Of a stretch of DNA of 46,614 bases, positions 37,663 through 46,614 are shown piece after piece. The stretch comes from Candidatus Micrarchaeota archaeon (GTDB lineage Archaea; Micrarchaeota; Micrarchaeia; Micrarchaeales; Micrarchaeaceae). The stretch is from positions 1 to 46,614 of the forward strand of contig JAKABJ010000001.1 of assembly GCA_021801905.1 (NCBI GenBank), read 5' to 3'. The notes beneath the pieces were generated by a model, which was not told where the DNA came from, searched no databases, and was given only the letters and a program-made list of their open reading frames with translations. A program made the translations under genes and the position numbers. Positions within the stretch are counted from its first letter, which is position 1, and every line of letters begins with the position of its first letter.

Positions 37663-38292
37663 ATGGATAATACTGGCAAACTTTTTATATCGTCTTTTGT
37701 AATAAAAGGGATATTAAAATCAGATTTGAAAGAGCTTTCTTCTTTTATGGAGTCATTTGAAGGTATGAAGCCAATTAGCCATGGCTCTAAACTGTCCTAT
37801 AGTGTAAAGAGTAATCAAGATGCAGAAAGCACGATAGTTTTGGAACTGCATACGGATAAGGTAGCTTACAATTTCAGTTACAATAGCTATTCGATAATTA
37901 AAAATATTTTGCATATGGCAAATTTTTTGATTTTTGTGCAGGCAGTTGATAATAAATATAATTTCAATTATGTGGATTTATTGCCACAAATAATAGATTT
38001 ATTAAAAAATTGCAACATTTCTTCAACACGCCCTGCAGATGATTTATTTATAGAAAGGCTATCTAATTTTATAAAAAGATTGAATTTAGCCAATATAAAA
38101 TTATCCAGAAATCTTTACAATTCAAGGCTAGAAATCATGTCTTTAAACGACTCGTTAAAAACTTATAGGGAATTCTACAGAGAGATATACCATAATTTGA
38201 CCAAAAAAGGAGGGGTTGCTGAAAAAGATTTCGCAAGATGGCTGGGAGTAGATGAAAACATTATTAAAAGATTAAACAACGGGATAAAATGA
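37663..38292 (+). CDS. Hypothetical protein (C-terminal coiled coil, possible HTH-like end)
   Basis: 209-aa ORF 6 nt after the ATPase, ATGA-coupled to the next gene. Confidence 0.65.
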   Translation: MDNTGKLFISSFVIKGILKSDLKELSSFMESFEGMKPISHGSKLSYSVKSNQDAESTIVLELHTDKVAYNFSYNSYSIIKNILHMANFLIFVQAVDNKYNFNYVDLLPQIIDLLKNCNISSTRPADDLFIERLSNFIKRLNLANIKLSRNLYNSRLEIMSLNDSLKTYREFYREIYHNLTKKGGVAEKDFARWLGVDENIIKRLNNGIK

Positions 38293-38981
38293 GTGACAGT
38301 TTAAGAGCAGATTTGATTGCCTTTTCCCTTGTCTTATCATTTTTACTTTCTATTGTATTTATTTTTGTTTCGTTAAATTTTGCTTATTTGTTTTTTGGGG
38401 GAAGCGTTTGTATTTCTTTGATATTAGCAACAGAATTGACATATAACAAAAAAACTTTAGAGATTAAAGATGAAAGATATATTCTCAAGAATCATATAAC
38501 AAAGCCGCATGAGATTATTAGTAAGGAATTTCTACGTGTTTTAAATAACAAAGGCTGTTCCAGCATATCTAATTCGATAAAAAACATCCAGAAAGAGTCA
38601 GGAATAGCTGATTTTTGGTCTATAAAAGAAGAATTCGAGTACTGCCTAGAAAAAAATTATGACGCGGATTTGATAATTTATGGCGATGTTGTTTTCCGTG
38701 GGAATTGTTTAAGAAAAGTTTTTGATTATTTTAAATATAATTTATGGATAAATGAAGGTGGCGATGCAGATTTTAATGGAAAATTAAATAAAAAGCACAT
38801 CATTTACGGGGAACGGATAACTAAAAATATGCAGTGCTTTGCTGCCTTATCCGCATGGCAGAATTTCCTTTGGCAGTGGAGCATAAACAACATTGACATT
38901 CAAAGGTTTCCAAAAGGGGATTTTAGTATTAATTTAACAGAAGGTGACTTTCTTTGTTACAAATACTTGAAAAATTATTAA
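38289..38981 (+). CDS. Hypothetical membrane protein (possibly degenerate)
   Basis: Two N-terminal TM helices; AT-rich; atypical C-terminal composition. Confidence 0.5.
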   Translation: MSDSLRADLIAFSLVLSFLLSIVFIFVSLNFAYLFFGGSVCISLILATELTYNKKTLEIKDERYILKNHITKPHEIISKEFLRVLNNKGCSSISNSIKNIQKESGIADFWSIKEEFEYCLEKNYDADLIIYGDVVFRGNCLRKVFDYFKYNLWINEGGDADFNGKLNKKHIIYGERITKNMQCFAALSAWQNFLWQWSINNIDIQRFPKGDFSINLTEGDFLCYKYLKNY

Positions 38982-39157
38982 GGCTCACCTCTCTAAGCGG
39001 ACTTATAGTAATCAATTCTATGGCATTTCTCATCATACTTATTTCGACAATTAGAGGCCAGCCAATGAATATACGAAAATATCTTATGGCTTCATTCCTG
39101 CTGCTGTTATTTATTGAAGCACTCCATATATTGGCATATTCAAATGTATTGATTTGA
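38954..39157 (+). CDS. Small 2-TM protein, or a detached C-terminus of the preceding gene
   Basis: 67 aa hydrophobic; TTG start after AGGTGA; 28-nt overlap with the upstream ORF. Confidence 0.4.
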   Translation: MLQILEKLLRLTSLSGLIVINSMAFLIILISTIRGQPMNIRKYLMASFLLLLFIEALHILAYSNVLI

Positions 39158-39269
39158 TTTTATTCTATTTTGTGCGTAGCTCACTCCAATAGAATTATGG
39201 CATTTCCCATCCATTAACCAATATTTCTGGCATATTTCTTATGTTACCAAAATTATTCTATTTATTTTA

Positions 39270-39611
39270 TTAGCAACAATGTAATAAAGTCGGAGCTCCT
39301 CTCAAAAGCCATGCGGTCTCTTCATTTCTATCATGTCTTTTCCTCTTCGTTAATTCATTATCTGCAATTTTTTGGCTGTCTTCTTTACTATATTTTCGTA
39401 TCAATTTTAGCTGATAATCGGTCATCTTTGCGGCACTCCTGGAATTAATTCCTTTTGATTCCAAAGTTCTTAGAAGCCTAGCATCTTCCTTTCTGGTTAT
39501 AAAGGTTAAAGATATAGCTGATATGTCTGGTTTCGCTCTGTTTAGTACGAGTGCTTCGCTTTTGATATTAAAAGCTGTCTGGTATTTTTTATCTTCCATA
39601 TATGTCACCAC
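39270..39611 (-). CDS. Hypothetical basic protein
   Basis: 113-aa ORF filling the gap, divergent from cydA; true start possibly ATG 39599. Confidence 0.5.
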   Translation of the reverse strand: MVTYMEDKKYQTAFNIKSEALVLNRAKPDISAISLTFITRKEDARLLRTLESKGINSRSAAKMTDYQLKLIRKYSKEDSQKIADNELTKRKRHDRNEETAWLLRGAPTLLHCC

Positions 39612-39670
39612 ATAATAAGCGTATATTATTTCTATTAATGATATATATAACTTCTTTATGATTTATTCTT

Positions 39671-40999
39671 ATGCTTTCGGTATTGGATTTCGATAGGTTC
39701 TTGATGGGTTTTTCCCTTGGCGTGCATATCATACTGGCTTCGATAGGGATTGCGCTTCCTGTAATAATAATTCTGGCTGAATTTTTAGGGATAAGAAAAA
39801 AGGATAAAATATACACGACTTTGGCAAAAAGGCTTTCTCTGATTCTTATTGTACTTTTTGCAGTAGGAACTGCTTCTGGAACCCTTGTAGCGCTTGAACT
39901 TTTCCTTTTGTGGCCCAAATTCATGGCCTTGGTAGGCCAAGTTGCAATACTGCCGGTATATATAGAGGTATTTGCTTTCTTTTTGGAGGCGATTTTCCTT
40001 GCTATTTATATGTTATCTTGGGATTCATTTGATAATAAATACGTGCATGTTTTTTTCGGGGTACTTGTAGGAATTGGAGGGGCTGCGTCTGCAATTCTTA
40101 TAACAATGCTAAATTCGTTTATGAATACACCTAATGGATTTAACATTTCTACATATTTAAGTACAGGACGCATAGTTGGTGTAAACCCTCTTGCAATATT
40201 CTCTACGCCAGCAACAGGAATAGAAGTAAGCCATGTGTTAGCAACTAGCTATTTTGCAGGTGCATTCATATTCTGTGCTTACATGGCATACAGGTTACTG
40301 AAATGCGACCCAAAGTATAAAGAGTATTATATGAAAGGATTAAAGATCACTTTCTCTTTAGTTGTAATAGCGACATTTTTCTCTGTTGTTACAGGCATTA
40401 TATCGATAAATTCTTTGGCAAGCATACAACCTGAAAAATATGCAGCTTTAGAAGCCAATCTGTTCACAAGATCAAACGCATCCGAGATCATAGGTGGAAT
40501 TTTAATTAACGGCACACTTAGAGACTATTTTTCAATACCAGGATTACAGAGCGCTCTGCTCGGCTCATCGAACGCCGTTGCTCCAGGTTTAAATGAATTT
40601 CCAAAAAGTACTTGGCCGCCTTTAATAGTTCATGATACTTTTGATTTAATGGTCTTTCTGGGCTTTGGCTTTGGTTTGTTTGTATTGATCGTTTTGGTAT
40701 TGCAATTAATTAGGAAAAAACCATTTGAAAAAAGATGGATACTTTACCTTATAGTGATTGCTGGTGGTGTTGCGGTCCTTCTGCTTGAACTTGGATGGAT
40801 GACGGCAGAAGTGGGGCGGCAACCATGGATAATATACAACGTAATGCTTGTAAGCGAAGCGGCCAATTACTCAACTTCGATAATACCTATTGTAATAGGA
40901 TTGATAGTAGTTTACGCACTTATACTGCCAATTACTGCAATAATGCTTAAGATGCTCTTCCGTGATAGAGAATTATCCAAAGAATTAGGGATTCCATGA
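39671..40999 (+). CDS. cydA: Cytochrome bd quinol oxidase subunit I (short Q-loop)
   Basis: Heme ligands in GVHII, SHVL and FDLMV; QPEKYAALE; EVGRQPW. Confidence 0.95.
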   Translation: MLSVLDFDRFLMGFSLGVHIILASIGIALPVIIILAEFLGIRKKDKIYTTLAKRLSLILIVLFAVGTASGTLVALELFLLWPKFMALVGQVAILPVYIEVFAFFLEAIFLAIYMLSWDSFDNKYVHVFFGVLVGIGGAASAILITMLNSFMNTPNGFNISTYLSTGRIVGVNPLAIFSTPATGIEVSHVLATSYFAGAFIFCAYMAYRLLKCDPKYKEYYMKGLKITFSLVVIATFFSVVTGIISINSLASIQPEKYAALEANLFTRSNASEIIGGILINGTLRDYFSIPGLQSALLGSSNAVAPGLNEFPKSTWPPLIVHDTFDLMVFLGFGFGLFVLIVLVLQLIRKKPFEKRWILYLIVIAGGVAVLLLELGWMTAEVGRQPWIIYNVMLVSEAANYSTSIIPIVIGLIVVYALILPITAIMLKMLFRDRELSKELGIP

Positions 41000-41925
41000 A
41001 TGCCTTATACATATTCAATATATCGATATTTGCAGTCTTCTTTACACTCTTCACGATAGAGGTAGGAATAGCTTTGCAGATTCTTTTAGGGAATAATAAG
41101 ATTGCGGAAATGATAAGGTATATAACACCCATATGGGAGATAACCGGTACGTTTGCAGTTTTTTTTGTTATGAACTTTATTGCTACTTTTCCTTCAGCAA
41201 TAGCTATTATAGGAACTGCATACGTTGCCCCTCTCCTTATAGCGGCATTATTTTTTATTTTTAGGAATGCTTTCCTTGCATACGGAATTTATTACAAAGG
41301 ATCATCTAGCAGGGTTTATTTGAAGGTCTATGGATTGGCAACCTTGATAACGGGATTTCTTGTTATAAGTGTACTTTCTTCTGCGATAAGCGGTTTCGGG
41401 ATAAATTTGGGAACCGATAGCATAAACTTATTCACTTTATTTGTCAATCCATTTTTCCTTATTATTCTTGTTTCCGTAATTTTCATATCTTTAATGCTAA
41501 ATTCTGTAATTTTTCACACAGATAAGGAGCCCGTATATTTCTTGATTGGGATTATAGGGATTATAATGGCATTGCTTGATATGCATTATTATCTTAACTA
41601 TGCTTTTATCAATTTATTGCAAGGAGTTCCTTTACTTTTATTAGTAATAATCGTATTTCCAGTGAGGATGGCGTCTGCAATAAAAAGAAGTGCCATATCC
41701 ATGATAGTGCCTTTTGTCTGGATGTTCTTGATAATTATCCTATTTAGTTATGCAACATATCCGTACTGGTTTGGAAAAGAAATAAACGCGACATCATATT
41801 TATCTCTGACAGCTACTGGCACATATGTATCGTATATAACCATTATTGGCGGGGCTCTTCTTACCATAGCTCTTATATATTTTGTTTATATTTCTTATTT
41901 TAAGTCCAAAAAGGCATATTCATGA
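40996..41925 (+). CDS. cydB: Cytochrome bd oxidase subunit II
   Basis: PIWEITGTF, FP, FRNAF; polytopic; ATGA overlap with cydA. Confidence 0.85.
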   Translation: MNALYIFNISIFAVFFTLFTIEVGIALQILLGNNKIAEMIRYITPIWEITGTFAVFFVMNFIATFPSAIAIIGTAYVAPLLIAALFFIFRNAFLAYGIYYKGSSSRVYLKVYGLATLITGFLVISVLSSAISGFGINLGTDSINLFTLFVNPFFLIILVSVIFISLMLNSVIFHTDKEPVYFLIGIIGIIMALLDMHYYLNYAFINLLQGVPLLLLVIIVFPVRMASAIKRSAISMIVPFVWMFLIIILFSYATYPYWFGKEINATSYLSLTATGTYVSYITIIGGALLTIALIYFVYISYFKSKKAYS

Positions 41926-42578
41926 CGAGTTTTATCATTCTGAAGCTTTCGACCATAATAATATTCTTGCTAACTCTTCCATTGGCTGCATTCTTAACCC
42001 AATCTTTCTTCAAAAGCAAAGTTAAAAGTTATTTGTATTGGAGCATTGGGATGTGGTTTTTTTCATTAAGCGTGTTTATCGAAATTTTATTTGCATTTGG
42101 AGCATATAGTGGATTTTTAGGGAATAGTTATATGCTATTTGTTGCATTGATTGTCGAATTTTTGGCATTGGGTTCCATCAATATGGTAAAAAGGCTGCTA
42201 ATAAGAAAAACATATTACATATTTTGCGTTATATCAACTATTTTTCTGATTTATGTAATAATCATATCTCCGAATATACCGATAGTTAATAATGCAAGAA
42301 TAGCTTTTACAGTTACATCTTTGCTTGTTTCTATAGCTTCCAGCATAATAACTTTTCCTGCAGCTGCAATATTGGTAATAGTTGCGGCTTTGAGCTATAA
42401 ACGCACAAGAAATGTAAAAATGCTTTCGATAATAGCAGGGGTGATTGTAGTTTCAATTGCGGGAGGATTATATATAGAAGCCATACCTGCTTTTCTTTAT
42501 TATTCTGAATTCATAGGGATAGTACTTCTTTGGTTGGGCTTCTTCAATTTTGATAAGGTTAAACGAATTGTAAGATAA
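41922..42578 (+). CDS. Uncharacterised ~7-TM membrane protein
   Basis: 218 aa, almost entirely hydrophobic; ATGA-coupled to cydB. Confidence 0.75.
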   Translation: MTSFIILKLSTIIIFLLTLPLAAFLTQSFFKSKVKSYLYWSIGMWFFSLSVFIEILFAFGAYSGFLGNSYMLFVALIVEFLALGSINMVKRLLIRKTYYIFCVISTIFLIYVIIISPNIPIVNNARIAFTVTSLLVSIASSIITFPAAAILVIVAALSYKRTRNVKMLSIIAGVIVVSIAGGLYIEAIPAFLYYSEFIGIVLLWLGFFNFDKVKRIVR

Positions 42579-43248
42579 ATAATAAAATAAAAACAGCTAT
42601 TGGAACAGTAAGGTTGTCATAACTACTTGGAGTGAAAAACTCAATTATGGATGCAAATACTCCTGCAATTATTAGTAGAACGTAAGGGTAGATTGCAGCT
42701 CCTTGGAAAAAGATTACATAAATAATAAAAGAACTGATTAGGGTGCCGATAAAGACCCCAAAAGCCCCCTCTATGCTCTTATTGCCTGACTTTTTATTTT
42801 TTCTCATGCTCCCTAAAAAGGGTGCAATCCCATCTCCGAATACCATTGCGCAAAGGGCCACAACGCCTGGCAGGGATTTGAAGCCTATTGCGGTTATGAG
42901 AATGAAGATGAAGAAAAAGAAAAGAGGTCCTTTTACAGCTTCCCTTATGTTGCCAGTCCAAGTAAGCCTTGCTACATTCTTTTTATGCGATCCTTTTCCT
43001 AAATTTGCAAAGACTATTATTGCAATAAAAATAAGCGGCACTATAGAAAAAAATACTTCTGCGTATGCGGATTTATAAAGAAACCAGAAAAGTATAAGTC
43101 CACCCATTAGCAGATGAACTAGCTTCCTTCCAGTTCTTCTACTAAGTTTGTTGTTTTTTACAAGATAATCTATAATCACAACAATTAGTAGTGAGTATAT
43201 TATCTCCAATAAAAGTATAAACATATTATATATCAGCTGTGCATTCAT
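42559..43248 (-). CDS. CTP-dependent polyprenol/phytol/dolichol kinase-family membrane protein
   Basis: RKLVH, FGDGIA, KSIEG, DNLTVP. Confidence 0.88.
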   Translation of the reverse strand: MNAQLIYNMFILLLEIIYSLLIVVIIDYLVKNNKLSRRTGRKLVHLLMGGLILFWFLYKSAYAEVFFSIVPLIFIAIIVFANLGKGSHKKNVARLTWTGNIREAVKGPLFFFFIFILITAIGFKSLPGVVALCAMVFGDGIAPFLGSMRKNKKSGNKSIEGAFGVFIGTLISSFIIYVIFFQGAAIYPYVLLIIAGVFASIIEFFTPSSYDNLTVPIAVFILLFILQFV

Positions 43249-43261
43249 TTTGGCGCCCTAA

Positions 43262-43783
43262 TTATTTCACACCAATATGTTCAAGCACAGAATTGATATT
43301 GTCTTCAATAGCATTTGTGCTTTTAAATGAGATTATATTTCCATCTATTTCTACGTCTTTTTCGCTTGCAATGCCATGAAAAAGTTCCACGGTTCTTTGG
43401 GTTTCTTTGTCAGCAGGCACTGCAACCTTTTTTCCCCTCAGTATATTCGCTTTTGCAGATATCTTTTGGGAGTTTCCTATAGAAATTATATATTTGTGCA
43501 TTGAATTGAATTTTGTCAGGATATCAAAAAAAGGCCTGAATTCCTGCAACTTGTACGTATCAATTCCAGGCCCGTCAATAAGCACAATTCCATTATATTT
43601 GGATGGATCAATCTTGTTTGTATTAATATCGGGCATATATATTGCTCCATGAGAGCCTATGCATTCTTTTGTGCTGTAGCTGGTGATAGTTGCTTTTATT
43701 CCCCATCTTTCAAAAAACATTTTGAATGCGCTTACAGATTCGTCCTTAAAATCATTAGGAGATATAAATATGAGGAATTCCAT
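43262..43783 (-). CDS. DJ-1/PfpI family protein lacking the nucleophile Cys
   Basis: FKDE, YNGIVLIDGPG, ILRGKKV, VEIDGNIIS; SIGNS in place of AICHG. Confidence 0.8.
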   Translation of the reverse strand: MEFLIFISPNDFKDESVSAFKMFFERWGIKATITSYSTKECIGSHGAIYMPDINTNKIDPSKYNGIVLIDGPGIDTYKLQEFRPFFDILTKFNSMHKYIISIGNSQKISAKANILRGKKVAVPADKETQRTVELFHGIASEKDVEIDGNIISFKSTNAIEDNINSVLEHIGVK

Positions 43784-43840
43784 AATAATATGTATCCATA
43801 ATAAGCTTAAAAAACCTTCGCAGCTAAAGATAGCGGATTC

Positions 43841-44587
43841 TTAGTTTTCAAGCATATATGGAGCAAGATAATACGAGAGAGATGCTTCCCCTATCTTATA
43901 ATCGATTTTTATTGGTTCCTCTGTTTTTATTGACAACTGGACTGTATTGCCTTGCGGGCATGTCCTGACTATTCTATCAAGATATTCAAGATTGAATGTT
44001 ACTGATGATGGCTTTGTTACGTTCATCTTTTTAACAAAGTCGGTGTTGCCAGCATGTTCCTCTTCCAGCTCAGCAGCATCCCCTTTGGCAGATATTTTGA
44101 AATTGTCTTTCTCGGTTTTAAACCCTATAAGATTCGATAATGAAGTTGCGTCTTTAAGCACTTCCTTAAAAGGATCGCTTTTGAGTTCTACCTGAGATTC
44201 AAATTCTATCTTTGGTTCCTTATCTGCCTCTTTCTTGACTTCTATCATTGGCAGTTTATATCTTCTTCTGCTGTTTTCACCTATAAACTCTATAGCAAAC
44301 TTATTTCCGGAGTCTTTCATGGATAGCTGTTCGTTGTTTCTTGCGCTTGATAGGATTTTGTTGAAGTTCTCTATGCTTACTCCGACTATAGCCTGCTTAT
44401 CAATCTCGTACTTGGAAAATGCTTTATTAGGTATATAAAAAGAGACCATGCTTATGCCTGAGGGGTCCATTGCTTTAAGAGAGATTCCTTCCTTTGATAT
44501 ATTAAATATGCCTTCATCGACTAAGGTCGCTATCGAACCTATGCAATCTCTCCAATACCTAGCATCGTCTATTTTTATTTCGAACAC
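43841..44587 (-). CDS. pcn: DNA polymerase sliding clamp PCNA
   Basis: LKAMDPSGISMV, FNLEYL, YYLAP; likely GTG start at 44587 giving 248 aa. Confidence 0.96.
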   Translation of the reverse strand: MFEIKIDDARYWRDCIGSIATLVDEGIFNISKEGISLKAMDPSGISMVSFYIPNKAFSKYEIDKQAIVGVSIENFNKILSSARNNEQLSMKDSGNKFAIEFIGENSRRRYKLPMIEVKKEADKEPKIEFESQVELKSDPFKEVLKDATSLSNLIGFKTEKDNFKISAKGDAAELEEEHAGNTDFVKKMNVTKPSSVTFNLEYLDRIVRTCPQGNTVQLSIKTEEPIKIDYKIGEASLSYYLAPYMLEN

Positions 44588-44719
44588 AGAACCACGCAGT
44601 AACTGTATATCTATTCTCTCATAAAGGAATAAAAACATTTGTAATGCACATGTCAATATTAAAACAGTATGTGTTTATTTTATTTATTATATTTTGCAAT
44701 CGTATGAAAAAATGTAAAC

Positions 44720-46099
44720 TTAAATCTCATTTTTTGGATCAAGCAGCCTGTCCAATGTTTTTTTGTCAAGAACGCCCATTTCAAGGCAAACCTCTTTTAC
44801 TGTTTTATCGCTCTTATAAGCCATTCTGGCTATCTCTGCTGCTTTGGCATAACCTATATGGCGTGTCAATGCGGTTACTATTGAGATGTCATTATCAAGA
44901 TTCTTTTTGATTATGCTGCGGTTCGCCTTTATCCCATCTATGCATTTTTTAGTGAATATATTAACCCCATTTGAGAATAAGTCAATAGATAGGAGAAGAT
45001 CGTGCGCTATTAAAGGCATGTATACATTTAATTGAAGCTGTCCTGAATCTGCAGCTTTGTCTATCGAATACGAATATCCGAATATCTGGAAGCACACCAT
45101 GTTCATCATCTCTGCAGCGCTGGGATTTATCTTTCCAGGCATTATAGAAGACCCTGGAAGAAGCTCTGGGAGGCTCAGTTCGCCCATCCTGCCTCCTAAA
45201 CTTGATGAGAGAAGGCGCAGATCGTTTGCAATCTTGTTTATTGTTATTGCACATTCTTTAAGAGAATCGGAAAGGAATACTTCATCCTGCTGGTTTGGCA
45301 TCATCTTGAATTTGTTGCTAGTGATAAAGAATCGTGTTTTTAACTCTTTGTTTATCTCTAATGCCGCAGTTTCAGCATATCCTTTGGACGCATTTATGCC
45401 TGTGCCTACAGCGGTTCCGCCTAATGGTATTTCTAGCAATAGATCCGTTGCGTGCCTTATGTTCTCAGCAGCTTTTGCAACAGCTCCGGAATATCCTTTG
45501 AACTCTTGACCCATGCTAATTGGCACAGCATTCTGAAGGTGGGTTCTTCCCACTTTTATTATGTCTTCAAATTCCTGAGCTTTTTTATCCAGAGTCCTGT
45601 TAAGATCTTTTAATGCAGGGAGAAGCTTGTTCCTAACAGATATGTATGAGGCTATATGAACCGCAGTGTGGTATGTATCGTTTGTGGACTGGCTCATGTT
45701 AACATGATCGTTTGGATTAACCAGGTTGTAATCCCCTTTATTTCCGTTAAGAAGCTCAATTGCCCTGTTTGCTATTACTTCATTAAGGTTCATGTTTAGA
45801 TTTGTGCCTGCGCCAGCCTGAAAGACATCTATATTGAACTGATCTGAGAACTTCCCGCTTGCTACCTCTTTGGATGCTTTCATTATAGCTTTGCCGATTT
45901 TTGGGTTAAGTTTTCCTATTGAAATATTTGCATGGGCGGCAGCGTATTTAAGAATTGCATATGCATATATCATTGTCTTGTTTGTCTTGATGCCAGATGC
46001 ATTAAAATTTTCTAAGGCTCTTTGTGTCTCTAATCCATAATAAGCATCTTCAGGGACTTTTGCGCTTCCTAAAACATCCTTTTCTATTCTGAATTTCAT
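44720..46099 (-). CDS. fumC: Class II fumarate hydratase (fumarase/aspartase family)
   Basis: RIEKD, GRTHLQ, GSSIMPGKINP; 2 nt downstream of sdhB. Aspartase is not excluded (QSTND). Confidence 0.75.
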   Translation of the reverse strand: MKFRIEKDVLGSAKVPEDAYYGLETQRALENFNASGIKTNKTMIYAYAILKYAAAHANISIGKLNPKIGKAIMKASKEVASGKFSDQFNIDVFQAGAGTNLNMNLNEVIANRAIELLNGNKGDYNLVNPNDHVNMSQSTNDTYHTAVHIASYISVRNKLLPALKDLNRTLDKKAQEFEDIIKVGRTHLQNAVPISMGQEFKGYSGAVAKAAENIRHATDLLLEIPLGGTAVGTGINASKGYAETAALEINKELKTRFFITSNKFKMMPNQQDEVFLSDSLKECAITINKIANDLRLLSSSLGGRMGELSLPELLPGSSIMPGKINPSAAEMMNMVCFQIFGYSYSIDKAADSGQLQLNVYMPLIAHDLLLSIDLFSNGVNIFTKKCIDGIKANRSIIKKNLDNDISIVTALTRHIGYAKAAEIARMAYKSDKTVKEVCLEMGVLDKKTLDRLLDPKNEI

Positions 46100-46101
46100 G
46101 T

Positions 46102-46614
46102 TTATTCCTTCTTTAGATCTCTTTTTATAGCTTCATTCTTTAGCAGCTGTATAGCGCTTGCCGGATCCACTCCTTTTGGACAAACTTTTGAGCATGCGCC
46201 TGCAAATTCACACCCCCATATGCCATCTAGAGTATCAATACTTTCTATCCTTTTTCCATCGAGCTGGTCTCTTGAATCCTTATAGTACCTATAAGCTTGC
46301 GAAAGAGGTTGAGGGCCTATAAAATCTTTGTTGGTATTGACAACAGGGCAGGCATCCATGCACAAGCCACACATTATGCAGTAAGAATATGGAAGGAACT
46401 TTTCTATTTCCTGTTGGCTCTGCTGGTATTCATGCTGAGCCACGTATTGCTCTTTTTTATCCTCCCTGTGAAGCCATGGCTTTATGGAGATGTGCTTGTT
46501 AAAAAATTCATCAAAATCAGTAACAAGGTCTTTGATAAGGGGGTGCGCCTCCATGGGGCCGACCTCTATTTTTCCATCTATTGCATTGTTTATAGCATTT
46601 GCCTCGCATGCCAG
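46102..46614 (-). CDS. sdhB: Succinate dehydrogenase/fumarate reductase Fe-S subunit (5' end beyond right edge)
   Basis: Frame open to the window edge (LACEA...); CIMCGLCMDACP and CEFAGACSKVCPKG. Confidence 0.93.
   Translation of the reverse strand: MACEANAINNAIDGKIEVGPMEAHPLIKDLVTDFDEFFNKHISIKPWLHREDKKEQYVAQHEYQQSQQEIEKFLPYSYCIMCGLCMDACPVVNTNKDFIGPQPLSQAYRYYKDSRDQLDGKRIESIDTLDGIWGCEFAGACSKVCPKGVDPASAIQLLKNEAIKRDLKKE

Noticed and set aside
34324..39270. Integrated conjugative element or provirus interpretation of the VirB4-like cluster
   Set aside because: No integrase, relaxase, replication or capsid gene, and no direct repeats or tRNA at the borders
39646..39662. Partial match to the suf palindrome upstream of cydA (TATAACTTCTTTATGAT); similar half-site at 31097-31110 upstream of acnA
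   Set aside because: Imperfect matches in AT-rich DNA, overlapping a TATA-like tract or a stop codon; indistinguishable from chance without a PWM scan
1190..46099. Numerous 60-220 aa antisense or alternate-frame ORFs inside long genes (e.g. 8894-9487, 31416-32081, 37086-37679)
   Set aside because: Fully overlap well-supported genes, have S/F/I-rich antisense composition and show no motifs

Overview
Archaeal chromosomal segment, most likely DPANN/Micrarchaeota. This is an inference from the SQSAMEYLMTYGWAIL-type class III signal peptide, a BHB intron in a tRNA D-loop and divergent core proteins. The window carries an L30e-S12-S7-EF2 cluster, SMC, signal peptidase I, RpoK, a geranylgeranyl reductase, PAC2, a complete SUF operon, ProRS, most TCA-cycle genes (icd, acnA, mdh, citrate synthase, fumC-like, sdhB), TYW1, cytochrome bd (cydAB) and PCNA. 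Features missing from the ORF track: a pilin-like gene running off the left edge, a 58-aa CDGSH Fe-S protein, tRNA-Leu(TAA) with a 19-nt intron at 20/21, tRNA-Gln(TTG) and a C/D box guide sRNA. Best candidates for something new: (1) a Cys-bearing HTH regulator inside the suf operon, with a perfect palindromic operator at the suf promoter, which may be an Fe-S-sensing circuit; (2) a chromosomal pilin/VirB6-like/split-VirB4-like operon resembling a Ced/T4SS-type transfer apparatus, with no mobile-element genes nearby; (3) an apparent ACG start for uS7, plus substitutions in normally invariant motifs of uS12 and EF-2. No CRISPR array, rRNA, transposase or integrase was seen. All family assignments come from motif recognition by eye, not database searches.
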